IMG/VR virus record: IMGVR_UViG_3300031521_000012 | Span: 32,001-96,000 of that record | Direction: 5' to 3' (one strand) | From: a virus | DNA: 64,000 nt | Shown here: in pieces, positions 63,079 to 64,000 of the stretch | How the letters are laid out: the number at the start of each line of letters is the position of its first letter | Position numbering within the stretch: position 1 is the first letter of the stretch | The notes under the pieces: generated by a model | Told to the model about the DNA's origin: nothing | The model's database searches: none | What the model saw: only the letters and a program-made list of their open reading frames with translations | Made by a program: the position numbers and the translations under genes

Positions 63079-64000
63079 TTATAACTTAATATTCTTAGTA
63101 CTTGTATATGTTGCTGGTTTATATCCAAGCAAATGTTTCATTTTATTCACTTCTTCATTAATAATAGGTGCTTGTTTTATTTCATTTTCATTCAGTTTTT
63201 GTGCGGAATTTTTTATTACATATACGCTTTTACCATCAGTAAAGAACCTATGCTCTGCTAGCACATTCACAACGCTTTCATTAACACTTACTTTATTATC
63301 AACAGTTTTACTATTATAAGCGTTTCCCAAGCCTGTGAAATCAAGTTCAAATAAGTCACCAATGGCACTAGTATCTACAAATTTAGCTTCATTTAAATTA
63401 AAATCAATAATATGTTTTTTATTAAGAGCATTTGCATATCTACCACTTATCATCGATTCCTTTAAACCCGTTCTTTCATTCCAACCAGATTGCTCTTTAT
63501 CAAATTGTACTTTTTTAGCGGTAGCTTGCATAACTGGTTGATTATCCTTATTATACATTGGAGCTTTTCCAAAATCTTCCAATTGTTTTTCTCTAATTTC
63601 ATAAACAGCATCGCCCATATCTGCCTTTTGTCTATCCTCAAATTTTTGATCGGGCTTATTATCATAGACTAAACTATGCATTCCTTTACGATAAAGATTT
63701 ACCTCGTCCTGTTCTTCAGTGGTTAGATTACGTTTTGTAACTTCGTCACCGTCTTCATTAGTAGAATTACCAACGTTTTTAAACGCTTCACCCTTATTAG
63801 CTTTAAGACCTGTTTTTTCAATGTCTTGACCGAGCTTTTGCGGGTCTTTACCTACTTCGGTTTGCTGATCTTTCCACATTAATTCTTTTTCAACATTAAT
63901 AATATCTTTAGTACCACTATGTTGTAAATCCTTTTTAAAATTGGTTTCATTTTCAGCACCAACACGATCTCTAAGAATCAATGCTGATGGTTTTCTATCT
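63079..64000 (-). CDS. 5'-truncated probable virion/late protein
   Basis: Frame open to the window edge; LKES, LNE, VNES and IINEE motifs as in 15981-17168. Confidence 0.55.
   Translation of the reverse strand, partial: DRKPSALILRDRVGAENETNFKKDLQHSGTKDIINVEKELMWKDQQTEVGKDPQKLGQDIEKTGLKANKGEAFKNVGNSTNEDGDEVTKRNLTTEEQDEVNLYRKGMHSLVYDNKPDQKFEDRQKADMGDAVYEIREKQLEDFGKAPMYNKDNQPVMQATAKKVQFDKEQSGWNERTGLKESMISGRYANALNKKHIIDFNLNEAKFVDTSAIGDLFELDFTGLGNAYNSKTVDNKVSVNESVVNVLAEHRFFTDGKSVYVIKNSAQKLNENEIKQAPIINEEVNKMKHLLGYKPATYTSTKNIKL

Noticed and set aside
1-64000. Alternative genetic code (TAG/TGA reassignment)
   Set aside because: Genes are long and tightly packed in the standard code, and TAG/TGA terminate genes directly before the next start

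Overview
Strongly AT-rich, densely packed segment of a large (jumbo-type) dsDNA phage genome. The host is most likely a Bacteroidota: there are TTG-N20-TAnnTTTG host-type promoters, no Shine-Dalgarno motifs, and signal peptides with Gln at +1. Positions 1-52420 are almost entirely minus-strand small hypothetical ORFs in several paralog families. Among them are recognisable enzymes: class II aaRS-like fragment, ART-like virion protein, frameshifted TnpB, SAM methyltransferase, NADAR, Dda-like helicase, Nudix, Pth2-like, Thg1, intein-containing Rnl2 RNA ligase, DNA ligase, ATP-grasp, PurA-like, GIY-YIG, vWA, J-domain pseudokinase and HAD. 52615-58455 is a plus-strand block ending near an SLT transglycosylase. 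58640-64000 is minus-strand (dead exonuclease, GH25 endolysin, HEG, virion-type protein). Three promoter classes are visible: 18 copies of an ECF-like TTGTAAC-N17-CGTATWWTA, a late AGTATTTAT motif embedded in start-codon-occluding hairpins, and host-type promoters. The two most unusual signals are: (1) an array of six tRNA-shaped RNAs with intact acceptor/D/T arms but destroyed or massively expanded anticodon/variable arms, plus two other structured RNAs, upstream of the RNA ligase and Thg1; (2) a ~320-nt structured RNA with a strict 6-nt-period NNNUU(G/A) repeat directly downstream of a 314-aa coiled-coil gene. All structures were read by eye, and no searches or folding programs were run.
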